DNA from: Lama guanicoe
Taxonomy: Eukaryota
Assembly (NCBI GenBank): GCA_013239625.1
Contig: MU054323.1
Location: 2,356,001-2,420,000 of the forward strand
Direction of reading: 5' to 3'
DNA: 64,000 nt
The notes beneath the pieces were generated by a model that was not told where the DNA came from, made no database searches, and saw only the letters and a program-made list of their open reading frames with translations. Position numbers and translations under genes: made by a program. Within the stretch, counting starts at the first letter, position 1; each line of letters starts with the position of its first letter. Positions 12,331 through 25,566 of the stretch are shown here, piece by piece.

Positions 12331-15300
12331 TATCCTGAAAATTCTACCAGAAACAGCAGGTCTGAAGACATCTGCTCAGGAAGCATGGGATGAGAAAAAC
12401 TATGATGCATTGTCCTGCATTGGCAGGTGGGACTGAAACAGGAAGGACAATGGTGGTAGCCTTGCTGGAATGTTTAATTTTCACATATTCCATAGGTTTA
12501 GAGTGTCAAAAAACAAAAGACAAAACGGTACTTCAGTAGTACAAAGAGTAAATACTTATATAACTGAGAGAATATTGTAATTTCTCAAGAGCTGTGCAAT
12601 CAGTGTGCAGATTGTAGACATTCAGTAAATGGGTATCAATATTAACATTTCTTTATCACCCTCCTCCCCCTGAAATAGTAAATTTCTCGTCAGCAGAAAT
12701 TGTAGCATATCCTGTGTTCTGACTTATATATGGCACCTGAAACACGACTTATTTGACTTCTGAGAAAAAAAAGTCTTACTGGTTGATGGTTACAGACTTG
12801 GTAGAAATCCACAAAGAGCCAAAAGACAGATTTGGAAAGCTGAACTGCATTAGTCTTTAACTGAGTATCAAAAACAGAGATGGAGAAAGGGCATTTGACC
12901 CAGCTGCATCAAGCAAATCTCATGGTGAGTTCTGCTTTGATTCTGTTACAGCAGGGAGAGTCCACCCAGTACTTGATGACCAATCTTGAACTGGAAGCAA
13001 CTGGAGGGAATATGTGTGGGTTGGTGGGACATAGTGGTAGCCACTCCCCAGCCCAGTGCTGAGAGACCTCAGGATAAATGGAGAGCTGCCTCAGCCTGTT
13101 ATATAGTGCGGCAAACACAAAGGTTCTCAGATTTGTTTAGCTTGAAATAGGAAAAATGGTGTCATATCAGCTTTTCCTTGACTTCTGTTCTGTGAATCAG
13201 GATGTCGTGGGTGGATAAGAGAAGGATTAGATCTCAGAGCTGGAGTGTCTTAGGCATGTGAATGACGTCTGTGGGTACCAGGCAGCAGGGTGTGACCTTG
13301 ATGTGTTCAGAAAGAGATCCTGGTTGCTTTGCATGAGGTTTGACTCCTGTGTCCCCATTTGTTAAGTTCACCTTTCTGATTTCATGCAACTTACTCTTAT
13401 CGCCGTCATGTCCTTCTTAACCCAGCATTTCTTTTGAAATGTCCATCTTTCTCTAAGCATGGCTTTGTAAACGACTAATCACATTTGTTTGTTTTAATTG
13501 AACAAATATGTTCTGTGTCTTGGGTACAAGTGATGGCTCCTAATTGGTTACATGCTAGCTTGGCTCACAGTTTCAGAGGATGGGGTTTCTCTGGTTCTGG
13601 CCGGGGGTGTGGAGGGGGAGATAACTTTAAAGCTTGATTAAAGCAAGTTTCTCTAATGTCAGGGTTCCCTATAAAGAAATAGACATAATCCTGAAGGAAC
13701 AATGGAGGCTTGCTTGCATTTAGAAAGTTAGAACAGAAGTTTAAAAAAACAACCCTTGGTCCAATTTTCAACAGGATTGTATAATGTTCAAAAAATGAAA
13801 AAAATCCCCCCCACTTGTAACCACAGGAAGCCAAGCATTAAAGTCAGAAAAAAGAAACCCCTCAATCCCACCCCCAGAATGAACTGCACCATATTGTTTT
13901 CCTTTTGTGCTTACCGATTTCAGATTTTCATTTTCTGTACATTAAAAAGCAAAGGAGACTTTAAAAAAATATATTCGTTAGCGGTTTCTGTCTAAATCTC
14001 ATCATCTAATTATTTTCACAGTGAACATTTGAAATGGCAGAAGCAGTTCTGCCAAGAGCCTTCTCTCTCTGGATTCCAGGAGATGTTTCACAATAATTAG
14101 AAACCCCAATGGGTCTCTTAAGAACCCTTAAAGGGTTCCATATGCAGGATTCCATATGAAGTGGTACAATGTGTAGTTCTTCATTTCCCACAATAGGGCC
14201 TGACAGGTCTTAATGTATATTATTACATTAAATGAGATGCACATTAGTTGGTCAGACTGCTGGGTAGCTGGCCCCAGTTCACTGAGAATATACAAGCCAA
14301 CCTGGTAACCCCATTATTTGACCCACCCTAGTCCATGCACACACATACAAAGTTGTATTAGTCATTGTGCAAGTACTCAAGTGCTAACTGGCTTCTTGGA
14401 CCTTGTCCTTAAGTGTGGAGCACTGGGTTCATTGATTTTACTGGAATTGTAAGATGTATTAATGTATCTTGGGAAATGTTTGGGCTAAGCTAAATATCTC
14501 TTTTCCATTGAACTGCTAGAGGTCTTTTATTTGTTTTTTGGAGGATGCAATACAGTAGCTAACAAAAGGCCCAAGGATCAGAGTGTCCTCTATTTAAAAT
14601 ATATGATTTGGCTAGATCTTAGCATTCTCTGATCCCTTGTTGCTATGGCATTTTGTATTCAGGTAGCAGGAAACACTTAGATGTAGACAATATTGGACAT
14701 CTGGTCAGACCCATTTATTTACCATGTTTTGCTGAGCAAGCAGGACTGACTACCAGCCATATTATGACTGAGAGAAGTTGAACTGGTATACTTTCGTTGA
14801 CAGTAAAATGTTGTTTTGTACTTACAGGTTGTACGTGGTTTATTGGACGGGCAGTGAATCTAAAGTCTTTGGTCCCCAGGTTGTTGACAGTTTAGGAGAC
14901 TTTGATTCACAATGCTTTGTGCATCCTAATGAGGCCGTAGGGTGTAACTCAACAAGACCTCCAAAGAAGGCAGTTGGTAGAGCAAAAGAAAAAAAAAAAA
15001 GCTTCTTTCCTTGAGGGTTTTATGTTCTCAGTAAACTAGATATCTGTATTCTTGCTTAAGAAAATCTGTTAGCTTTTCTAGAAACCAAAAAACCTTAGCA
15101 ATATTTTTATCTTGATAAGCTGTATACCCACCACTCACCTTCATCCTTAGGAAATACCTCCTTTTTGCCATTGTCATTTTACTGCAGTGACCTGCTTATG
15201 GCATTTACAGCTTTCAAGAGTTGAGGCATGAAATATGAACAAAGAACAGCAGACCATGTCTCATAATTGTGTAGAAGAAGGGTGCCTCAGCCCAGCATTT

Positions 15301-15842
15301 GATAGATGACAATTTGTTTCTGTCCCTTCTCCCTGCAAATAAGTAGTCAAGGTAGGAATGCCAAGTTTTGGAGATGACGCATTTCAATATTATTTTGAAA
15401 ATATTAAATGACACCCTCTCGTGATGGAAAAAAGCAGCAGGTGGGCTGATCTCTTGAGGATGTTTAATTCATTTTTATGTCTGATAGTAATTGGGTACAA
15501 AATGAGGAATCCAAATAAAAATAGGAATAGATGATTTTATATTACTTTTAGGAATCAGAGCATCAAGATTTTATGTGCTGATAAAAGTTGGTTTTTTTTA
15601 ATAAACAGATAATTTCTTGCCAGATTAACATGAGCTAATCAAAGGTGAGAAAGTATAAGAGATTGCCTCTTCCTAACTCTTGACTCCCTCTAGTTCTTTA
15701 ACCTAAATTATCATTTAGTGACATATAGAGGCTAAATTTCTCCACCAAAAGCCATTAGTTAAACAGCTCTTAGCAGATCTGCTGCCTTTTCTTGGTTCTA
15801 TATATAGCACAGATGTTCTGCAACTAAAGATAATTTGAATTA

Positions 15843-16065
15843 AGAGATTAACAGACACACACTACCATATGTAAAATAGATAAACAACAAGGACCTACTG
15901 TATAGCACTGGGAACTATATTCAGTTTCTTGTAATAACATATCATGTTAAAGAATCTGAAAAGAAAATATATGTTTGTATGTATACGTATAACTAAATCA
16001 CTTTTTTGTACACCTGATACTAACATTGTAAATCAACTGCACCTCAATAATTTTTTTTTAAAAAA
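15843..16065 (+). mobile_element. Short 5'-truncated cetartiodactyl-type LINE-1 3' tail
   Basis: 'aaaatagataaacaacaaggacctactgtatagcactgggaactatattcag...acattgtaaatcaactgcacctcaataa'. Confidence 0.85.
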
Positions 16066-16404
16066 GGGTAAATAGAAACAGGAGGTAGAGTATGAAGGTG
16101 GTACAGTAGAGGACAAAAGTGAAGACTCACCCTCTATGGATGTTCTCATTCAATAGAAAGGACAGAATAACATATTGGATCATGTCTCCTGAGAGATATA
16201 GAAGCGCTTTCGCATTTGGAAAGAAAGAGAACTGGAGGCACGAGATCTCTGATTAGGAAACAGGGAAACGTCCAAAGGTTCTTGAAGAGGAACTCACAAG
16301 AGAAGAGGAGAGAGGAAAGGTCTATAAGAAATAAGGTTAAGAGCTGCAAAGTTTTCTCCCAAAAGACATTCATAAACATTCATATGCACATGATCATCTA
16401 TGCA

Positions 16405-16406
<2 letters not shown>

Positions 16407-16442
<36 letters not shown>
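16407..16442. repeat. (CA)n microsatellite
   Basis: Read directly. Confidence 0.95.
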
Positions 16443-16443
<1 letters not shown>

Positions 16444-16931
16444 CACAATAGCAGTTTGGGGGGGAATAAATCTGATGGCAATTTTGAACTCCAGCTGCTC
16501 ACATTTAGCACAGAGTTATTTTCAGGGTGGCCAAATCATGTCACCAGTACTGATTCCCACTCGGGTATTTGGAGACCTGGAAATCAGTGGTGACAGGATA
16601 ACCTATGGCATTGACCAGAGAAGGGAATCTTGTCACTGGGGCAACAGATAGGAGAAAAAAGCCTGCATCAGACTCTGAAGTTTTTACATATCTTTGTGGT
16701 GCTCTGTGCGTGTGTGGAACGAGGAAAGTGGGAAAAAAAGAAACTTTATTTTGTGACAAACTCATGAGGTCATTATTGGTTCCAATTTCAGATAAAAATA
16801 TATCATGTTACAAAATCATTGCTGCAATTCACATATACTTGTCGCTGAAGAGGGAACTTGAGAGAATCCATCTCATCTACACTTAGAACAGCAGCTTATG
16901 TAGGTGCTGCTTACATGCACATAGGTTAACT

Positions 16932-17231
16932 CAGGGCTACTCAAAGTGTGAACTGGTGCCAGTAAGAAAATGCTGTGTTACTGGTTTGCAGTGACAGAAG
17001 TCTAGAAATTGAGAGTCTAAGTTTTGAGACTTCACTAGCAATATAACAGAGTCATTTTTTATCTGTTGAATCTAATAAGAAAAAAAAGTGTCATATTTTA
17101 AGTCTGTTTTCTCATTTTTCTGAATAATACATTTTTGTTGCCTTTTATAAAAGTTTGAATCAAGGTGAATTAGTAACTTAGCCAAAATAAGCAACACTGG
17201 TCCTCTGTCACAGATAGTTTGAGAAGCACTG
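16932..17231. mobile_element. hAT-Charlie non-autonomous DNA transposon (MER5C-like)
   Basis: Terminal inverted repeats 'cagggctactcaaa' and 'tttgagaagcactg'; internal 'agaaattgagagt' and 'tctgttgaatctaataa'. Confidence 0.75.
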
Positions 17232-17364
17232 GCCTAATTGAAATGTTGCAGTAATCCATGAAATGGATCATGATTTTGCCTACCATGTGGGCTCATTTTC
17301 TGTTTTAATCTCAGATCTTTAGCTTCTTTGATAGCTGAATGCTTAATACACAGAGCGTAAAGTA

Positions 17365-17625
17365 TTCATCATTGGAATACTAGTCACAGAAAGCTGTTCT
17401 GCCGAAATATCCAGGACCAAATACATTTGAGAAACAGTGCATATGCTGTTCTTGCCTTAGATATTCACAATTCGTGTTAGCATCCCAAAGATTCTGAGAA
17501 ATTTTGCAATAAACAAAAACGATCAATTTAGCAAAGTTTCCCAAACTTCATTGGTCATAGAGCTCTTTGTATCCTGTAGTACCTTAGCATATCCTGTGAA
17601 AATCATGTTCCATGGAACATGAATT
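17365..17625. mobile_element. hAT-Charlie remnant (MER112/MER113-like)
   Basis: 'caaatacatttgagaaacagtgcat', 'tttcccaaacttcattggtcatagag', 'tgttccatggaaca'. Confidence 0.5.
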
Positions 17626-18999
17626 CATTTATTCATCACTGGAGGCCTCAGTGAGAGCTGAAAAGAAGAGTCAGGTGGCAGTAGATAATGCGAAAGGAAA
17701 GAAATGGGGAGTGCACATACTTTATAATCATAACCCGAGTAATATGTTGATTCCATGCAGACTGGTATTCTAATATGAAACCTTGCCTTTTCCCACCCCT
17801 CTGTCATCTTTCCACCTGCCTTTTCTAAACAACCCTCCCTTCTCAGCGGGCCCTTTCTTCACATACTTAAAGTAAGATTTCTGCTCCCCTCGAGGCTTCA
17901 CAATGGAGCCAGAAATTATATAAAATTTAGGGATTTTCTAGTTTTCTGACTTCTAGACATCTGGTTCTTTCTATTTATTTCCAGGCATTTAGTCAAACCC
18001 CGCTGATTTGGACTAACAAAGGAAAAGGTCAATCTAATTTGGTAAGAAGTCTGCTTTACAGGATATTTTTAAAGTAATGCAGTTTTAGTTGTATTATCTT
18101 AAAAAGCTCATTGTGCCAGAAACTGATTTTGGAGATAAACATATATACATATACATGTGTCCTATTTTATAGAATGACATCAATGATTTGTACTAACTGA
18201 ACTTAAAATAAGGTTTTGTATTAAGTTTAAATGTACATTCCTCCCCACCTACCATTTATAGTGATTATAAAATCACTTTAATTTGCTATAAAATATATTT
18301 CTAGACAAATATATACTTTATTGCAAGTCCTATCTCAAAAACAACTGTTCAGATCAGTGAATTTCAAAGAATGAAGCTTGCTTGCATTTGGTTTCTATCC
18401 TCACTAATGTAGGAAACATATGAAACATTGACAAAAGCAAAGAATTCAGACTCTCCATGCTCTTCCTTTCCAAATATTTACTCTGAAAATGAATCTTTAT
18501 TTTTGAAGGCAAAAAATACACTAATTCTCACTGTCTCACCTCGTAATTATCACCCTACTTTATTTCTCTCATAGTAGTAATCACTGTCTGAACTTACAGT
18601 GCGTATTGACCTTATGTATTTTTTGCCTCTCCACATTAGCTTGTAAGCTCACAGAAAGAGGTAAATCCAATCTTTGTGGAATAATGTAGGAGAGGGTCCA
18701 CTTAGAATTAGCATGTACAAAATAGGAGCCCAAACAGAGGAACTAATAAAGGTGGTCTAGAGATCACCGGCCCTGTTGGATCTCCTCATCTTCACCATGA
18801 CCACCTGCACACAAAGGTTGCCTGGCAAACAAAAGAGGGAAAAACAAAGAGTGTTCCCCTTTGACAGTATTCAGTTTACCTCTTGAGAAAGACTAAGGCT
18901 TCTAAAGGTTATATCACTTCTAGTCTAATGGCCATCTCAACTTTGCCAGCAGACTTGAGAGTAAAACCCTCTAGTTGACAGTTTCTACACCAGACATAG

Positions 19000-20280
19000 A
19001 TATCCAACAAGCTCATCAAAAAGAAGGTCTATAAGAAGAACATTATTCCAACTACCTAAAAAAAAGTCCACAATATCCTTCATGCCTAAACAGAATGCAT
19101 AAACAAGATTTTACCAGAAGTATAAGAAAAATAAATAGCACTATGAAATTTTTAAAGTCCAGAACAACTAAACATAAACAAAGAGATATTTCATGGAATA
19201 TAAGTGAACTAAAAATTCACATATATTAGTAAGATACGGAAAGATATTGTTGCCTCTATAAAAAAAGAATAGACTATGATAACAAAAAGAAAAGTTGTAA
19301 AAAAACACATGACAGGCCTATTGGAAATTAAAAATTGTTTGCCAAAATTTGAAGTTCAACAGAAGGGCTAGGAGTAAAATTTGGTAACATTTCCCAGAAA
19401 GGAATAAAAAAGATAAATATGACAGAATAGTAAGCTACAGAAAGTACTAGAAGAATTGCCATTTAATAAAATTCTAGAAAGAGCAAAAAAGGAGAAGAAC
19501 TTAAATAAATAAAGGATAGAAAAAAATTTACCATAGGTTTAGAAAAAATGATTTTTTTAATTCAAAAGGAATATTCGAGTGATCTCAAGGTAACACAAAC
19601 ACACACATGAACACACACACGCACACACGCGTGCGCACTTGCATACACTTAAATTATTTCATTCTTTCTCCAGGGTTTCAGAACACAAAAAAATCAAGAG
19701 AAAATCCTTAAAAGGCAAAATTTTGTAACATCAGAGGGTGGAAATCAAACTGGCATCAGAATTTTCATCATCAATAATGGATGCTTGAAGACAATGAAAT
19801 TGTTTTCCTTCCAACCTCTAAGAATAAATTAGTTTGAATCTAGAATTTTATGCACAGCTAAGTGATGAGAATATATGAGGAAAAAAATAAAAACATCTAT
19901 AGAATTTCCCATGCACTAGTCTCAGGAAGTTTCTAGATGATATATTCAAATAGTAAAGTTTAAAAAAATTGAGTGAGAAATAGAAAACATGAGATACAAG
20001 ATACATAGGAATTAGCTGAGAAGTACAATGAAAATCAATCCCATGATGACAGCTGGCCTACTATACGAAGCTGGTAGGCTGCAAAAAAATTTTTTCAAGA
20101 AAAAAAGAATAGATTCTTTTAAATTGATATATGAAATATGCAAGAAGATTCTAGTTACATGACAAAAACAGTCATATATTTTTTCTCAGCAAGAATGAAA
20201 GAAAAGTAATTAGCAATGCCTTGTAAAATATATATAAGAATCACGGTAAAGATATGAAGCAAATAAAATGTGTCATTGTT
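19000..20280 (+). mobile_element. Ancient L1 ORF1-like remnant (HAL1/L1ME-like)
   Basis: A-rich; 'aatcaaactggcatcagaattttcatca...gaagacaatgaa...gaatctagaattttatgcacagctaag' corresponds to the ORF1p IRLASDFS...RQW...PRILYPAKL region. Confidence 0.7.
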
Positions 20281-20434
20281 TAAAGAAATTTCATGGAATG
20301 TAAAGAATCTACCATGATTTCATTTATGGTTTCTGGTTTCCTGTTTGGCTAAAAACACATTCCCTACCCTGAGGTTATATCAATATCTTTGTAAATGATT
20401 TAGTTTAAAAATGTGTATTTTTATGTCCTTTACA

Positions 20435-21220
20435 TGGAGACCATTGTAATAGGCATGTAAAGGTATATCATTGTGGTTTCAGTGAGCATTTACCTAATGA
20501 TTAAGGATGGTAGTAATCCTTTCATTTTCATATTTGGTATTCATATATCTTATCTGTTCAAATCTTCTGCTTATTTTCCAAAAAATGAGTTATTATTTTC
20601 TTACTATTAATATTGAGAACTTTTAAACATATATTCTGGGTATAAATTTTGATTGGACATACAACAGGCAAATAGTTTCTCCCAACAGTTGAGATGGCCA
20701 TTAGACTAGAAGTGATATAACCTTTAGAAGCCTTAGTCTTTCCCAACAGGCAAATAGTTTCTGCAGTGTATCATTTCATTCTTCGTCTTTCAGAGAGCAG
20801 ACATTTAAAATTTTGGTGACGTTTATCATATTTTTACATTTATAGACCATGCTTTTGCAGCTGTATCTAGGAACTCTCTGTAAAATCCAAGGTTATAAAG
20901 ATTTTCTTTTCTGTTTTCTACCAGAAGTTTTATAGTTTTAGGTTTTACATATAGATTTAAAGTCCATTTTAAGTTAATTGTTGTATGTGGTGGAAAATAT
21001 GAATTGAATGAAGTTCATTTGCTTTGCTTTGTGTATACAGATAGCCAATTAATCCAGCACCATTTGTTAAAAAAAGAGACTACCACCTTTAAACTGAATT
21101 GCTTTTCCACTTTTGTGAAAAATAAGTTGTTCACACATGTGTGATTCTATTTCTGGACTCTATTCTGTTCAAATGGTCTAGTTGTTTATCTTTATAGTAG
21201 CTAGTACCACAGTATCTTGC
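20435..21220 (-). mobile_element. Old LINE-1 ORF2 3' fragment (L1MC/MD-like), interrupted by a templated insertion
   Basis: 'ggtatatcattgtggtttcagtgagcatttacctaatga', 'ccagcaccatttgttaaaaa', 'tctatttctggactctattctgttc'. Confidence 0.85.
20687..20742 (-). repeat. 56-bp perfect inverted copy of 18887-18942
   Basis: agttgagatggccattagactagaagtgatataacctttagaagccttagtctttc is the exact reverse complement of 18887-18942. Confidence 0.97.
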
Positions 21221-21599
21221 TGCCACCAAGCACTAGACAGTACAGTTTTTACCACTGCTACCCCTAGACTTTATTCAAGCATCAGTGCCAGAAACTTGAC
21301 CTTCCAGCCACCATTCGCTGTCAATGCCAAGGATAAACACCTCTCCCTACAGACGTTACTAGCTCTTCTATCATAATATGACATGACTGTGACTGATTAG
21401 TGAATCCCAGCCCTGTGCCCCAAATACCAAGAAGGCTGGGAAAGGGAATACCTACCATTTTCATTATTCAAATTAGGGTTGGTCACTGCACTTTACAAAG
21501 ACTGATAATTCGGGGAAGAGTTGCCTAGATATAGTAAGGTATTCAGAATCTGGATGGCCAAATGAATGCCAAATATTCATTTTTGTCAATTTATAGATT

Positions 21600-22270
21600 G
21601 ATTATTTCATCAAACATATCTCCAGAATTATTTTTATATACTCTAAGTCTTTTAACATATAAACATATATATTTATTTTGATTGATCTATATTATTTTTC
21701 TCCTGAAACATGAAATGCCTGTCAAATATGAAGATTAAAATATTTCTAAATTTCAGAAAAGCTTTCCTAAAGTTTATATTTGAATATTTTATTCCTGTTG
21801 CATTTGTTCTGTACTTTGCTTCAGGGACACCAATTATACATATATTGGTACTCTTTCATATGTATTCCGCTTCCATCATCCTCCCATTAATCCTTTAAGC
21901 TCTTTACAAATGTGTCCTTTTGTTCGGGGTTGTCAAGCCTACTTTTCTTATTCCTAATTTTTCAGTAGTGTTTGTCTTTTCCTGTTTCCCTCTGATGGTT
22001 TCTATTCACCCTTATACTTCTCTCCTGAGTTTTGCCATGTTGGTATTCTAAGCATTTATTCATTGATTCTCTCTTGCCCCGTATTGGGTTTCCCTCATTA
22101 AAGGTCACATTGCCTTCACATTCTCTAATGTTGTGGGCAGTGTTTGGTAAAACCTTCTGCTGCTTTACACTATACTTTTTCTGGTGTGGTTCTTCATCTG
22201 CCTTCTTTGTATTGTTCAATTTCTCATTTTTTTAACAAAAAAAGTTTCATAGATTTAAAAATGTTTCTTA
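21600..22270 (-). mobile_element. Ancient T-rich L1 ORF1/HAL1-like remnant
   Basis: 'tttgcttcagggacaccaattatacatatattgg' is typical antisense old L1 ORF1; very decayed. Confidence 0.45.
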
Positions 22271-25200
22271 CCATTTTCTGTTTCTTGCTACTAATACCAT
22301 GAGTAGTAGTAGTAATAGTCTTATTGTTTTTGTTGTATTTGAGTGAAAGGATTTCTTTCCTGAACAAGACATTTTTGAATGGATTTTGTGGACATGGGAC
22401 CAATGGGAGGACGCTATGGTTGGAAGCAAGTTAAGTAGCCAAAAAATAGGGAATTTGAGAGTCTGTCTACAAAAACTTGCTCATCAACACTTTGCCCTGT
22501 AGGTAAAAATAAGAGCCAGGAGAGCAAAAAATCTCTTTTGCTCACCATAAAAATACATGATGCTATGTGATGAAGGTGTGTGAGAATATGAATGAGTGAA
22601 TTTTTGTGTGTGTATGAGAAAGAGAAAGGGGGGTGATGTAATCTTATTTTAAGTTTCAGGGCTCTTTGACTTTCATTCTTTCTCTGCCATCATCCATTTC
22701 TTCAAAGGTGGTGATCATTTGCTCTTCAACCTTGGTTTGCCTACCATTCCATAGAGGCAAACTGTGTTCAGAGAGTCTCATACTGTGATTCTACACATAC
22801 TTCTTGTGTCACCCAAAACAAAGAGGTACTGTACTCATCTGATTCTGGCCTAAGATCTTTGAAGACAGGTGCCTTTTCTTGGTGTTGTCTCTCACCGTCA
22901 CTCTCATTTCATTTCTCTCAAGAGCCCTTCTTTTTATATTAGAGTTTGAAATTGTAAGTGTCCCATAGACTCATCAAAGATAGCATACTCCTTTTCTATT
23001 TCATGTTCTCCTTAGTTTTTTGTTTTCAGTTCATTTTAGAGAGGAGAAAAGAAAAAGAGTTATTTTTAGTTTTCTATCTAAAAACCAAAAAAATCTAAGA
23101 AATTTTCTAAATGATGATGTCAAGTTTAATGGCTGTGAACTGCTGAGAGCCATGATGTGGAGTATCCCCATTTAAGAGCAATGCCAGCTTTGGGTGGCTG
23201 ATTCAAGGTCATGTCTTGCAACTGTTAAGAAATATTTAATGGAGATAAATGTTACACTAAAGAGCTCTTTAAAGCATGTCCCTCACTCAGTGCAATAATT
23301 ATTCATGTATCCTTTAACTAAGAGCCACATTGTAAATGAAGTACAAACTATGACGATACACTCATTTGAAAATGTTAGTTTACTTGCATTTCCATTGAAG
23401 ATGATTGGCCAAGTCAGAAGGTAAACTTGAGCAGCATTTTGAAGTACTGGCATTTCTTTTGCTTAGGTATACTTATTGTTCTGGTATAATCTTTATTAGT
23501 TATTTGGCGTAGACATGGTCACCATATCTCCAAGTATTCTGGAATATCTGGCTCTCCTATGGACAGTTGTACCACATGTATCAAGTTGGGACTAACTAGG
23601 GACTGAGGAGTATGGTGATTGAATAAGCTCAGATGGTCCCATATGAAGACACCTGAGTTGAACACATAACTAATATACAAAGCAAGTCTTTAATCACCAC
23701 CTCAGAGGATTTTTTTGAGATTTAAATAAGAATATCATGTGGCATGTAGTAAATCTTCAACATGTATTTATTAACTATTTTATAGCTGTTGTTGTTTTTA
23801 TCATCATCATCATTATTAGTATCAGGGAAGTAATGACAGAATTCTATGAAGGAAAGAGGTGGGAGAATTCTTTTTGTTCCTAGATTGACTCCATGGATAT
23901 TGACAAGGACCACATTTGTGGGCTTTGGATACAGAATAGTCTTTATGGAAAAGGAGAAGTTGACATGAAGGCAAAAGTGAACGAGGATAATGGGGCTGTT
24001 CTTGATGCTGCTCTATCTGGGTGCATTGTGATCAAACCTGCCGCTTTGATGTTGGGTCCCAATGCATTGACCTTTTGGTTCTGTTTCATTCTCTCTAACT
24101 CACTCACTTCAACTTGGCGTGTTTTCTTTAGCAGAGCATTTGGCATCGTCCTGGTCCCTGTATAACAATTTTGAGAGGATGAGAGACATGGATGGAAATA
24201 ACCCCTCTAAAGTTACGATGACCTTCTCCCATAATGTATTGTAATGTGGTGGTAATGATAGATGCACTAGCTTCTGTATTTGAAGTTAAAAGAAAATTCA
24301 GTTGTGTTTTCTTTTCACCATCCACAGACTGTTATTTTGTAATAACAGAGGGAAGAGTTTTCTATAGCAGCCTCGTCAGTGGTTCCAAACTGGAAATAAC
24401 ATCCAACCACTAACTGCTGTTTAATTTTTTTTGTTTTTACTTTATTTCATGCGTAACTATGTTTGCACAGCAGGGCAGCAAACATCTAAGGAAATGTCAC
24501 TTGGAATAGCAAACAAGCTCGCAAAGTCCTCCTTTCTGCCTGGGGTTTTGCCTTTGGTGGGTCTACATGGTCCCAATTCACCAGGAAGGTACTATTTAAA
24601 TAAAATGAAATCTGTGGGAAGATAAAGGCTGGTAAATGAAGCTCCTTGCCAAAATATGAATTTTGTACTTGTGGCGCTTTATTTCTCTAGAATAGAAGGA
24701 GCTCCTAAGAGACAGCTCTTGAAGAGCATTGCTGGCTTCTGAGTGACTCAGGAGGTAGAAAGAGGGACGATGTGGTGAAAATTCAGCACAGGGGCAAAAT
24801 CAACAGAAGCCTAGATGCTCAGTGTATAATCTTTACATGTAACTAAACCCTGGGCAGACTTCTTGTGTTTCTGAGAGATGCCCCCTGGTTTTTCTCAGGG
24901 GTTTCTATTCTGAGGGGTTGGCACAAAGAGACCTCAGTGGATGTTGGCAGAAGCCATGTCTCTCCCCAGCTGCACCAATGGAAATCATCACATTACAGTG
25001 ACTCATCTTTTTTTTCCTTTGCGAATCGGGTTTTGTACACTATCTTCTCTACTCAAAGCCAGGCCTGGTGACTAGTAACAGGAGGAATCCTGAGACCCCT
25101 GGGAGTTTATGACTTTGACTTTGAGGAGCCTCAATTCAGAGGAAAAGCTATGGGAACTAAATCCTCAGAGGTTAAGACTGTCATATTCTGCCCCTCTATG

Positions 25201-25466
25201 GCCAGAGCCTTTCTCTTGCATCAGGGACAAGATAACAGGGCAGGTAATGGTTTCGAGTTTTGTTTTTCACGCTGTCTGTGATATAATTTACCCTCTTCCT
25301 CTTCAGTTTACCCCTGTAAGGAAAAGAAAATTATAGCATTTAAATTCGTGAGTTCTGATCAAGTCCTAAGTCAGCATTTTAACTGCTTTGTGTTTCAGTT
25401 TACAGATCTGTAGTGTGTGAATAGTAACCACTTCCTTAGAATTGTTGAGAAGATGAAATTAGATAA

Positions 25467-25566
25467 TTGAATTTAGTGCATGTAAAATTTTCCCACCAAA
25501 GTTTTCAATCAAAGGATTACCTCCAGAAGAACTTTGGTGGGAAAATTTTATACTCACTAAACTCAA
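25467..25566. repeat. Hairpin-forming inverted repeat with 21-bp perfect core arms
   Basis: taaaattttcccaccaaagtt (25483-25503) and aactttggtgggaaaatttta (25530-25550), with imperfect outward extension. Confidence 0.95.

Noticed and set aside
18942..20687. Inversion with staggered breakpoints bounded by the 56-bp inverted copies
   Set aside because: The old L1 is colinear on both sides of 20687-20742, so the intervening DNA was not flipped.
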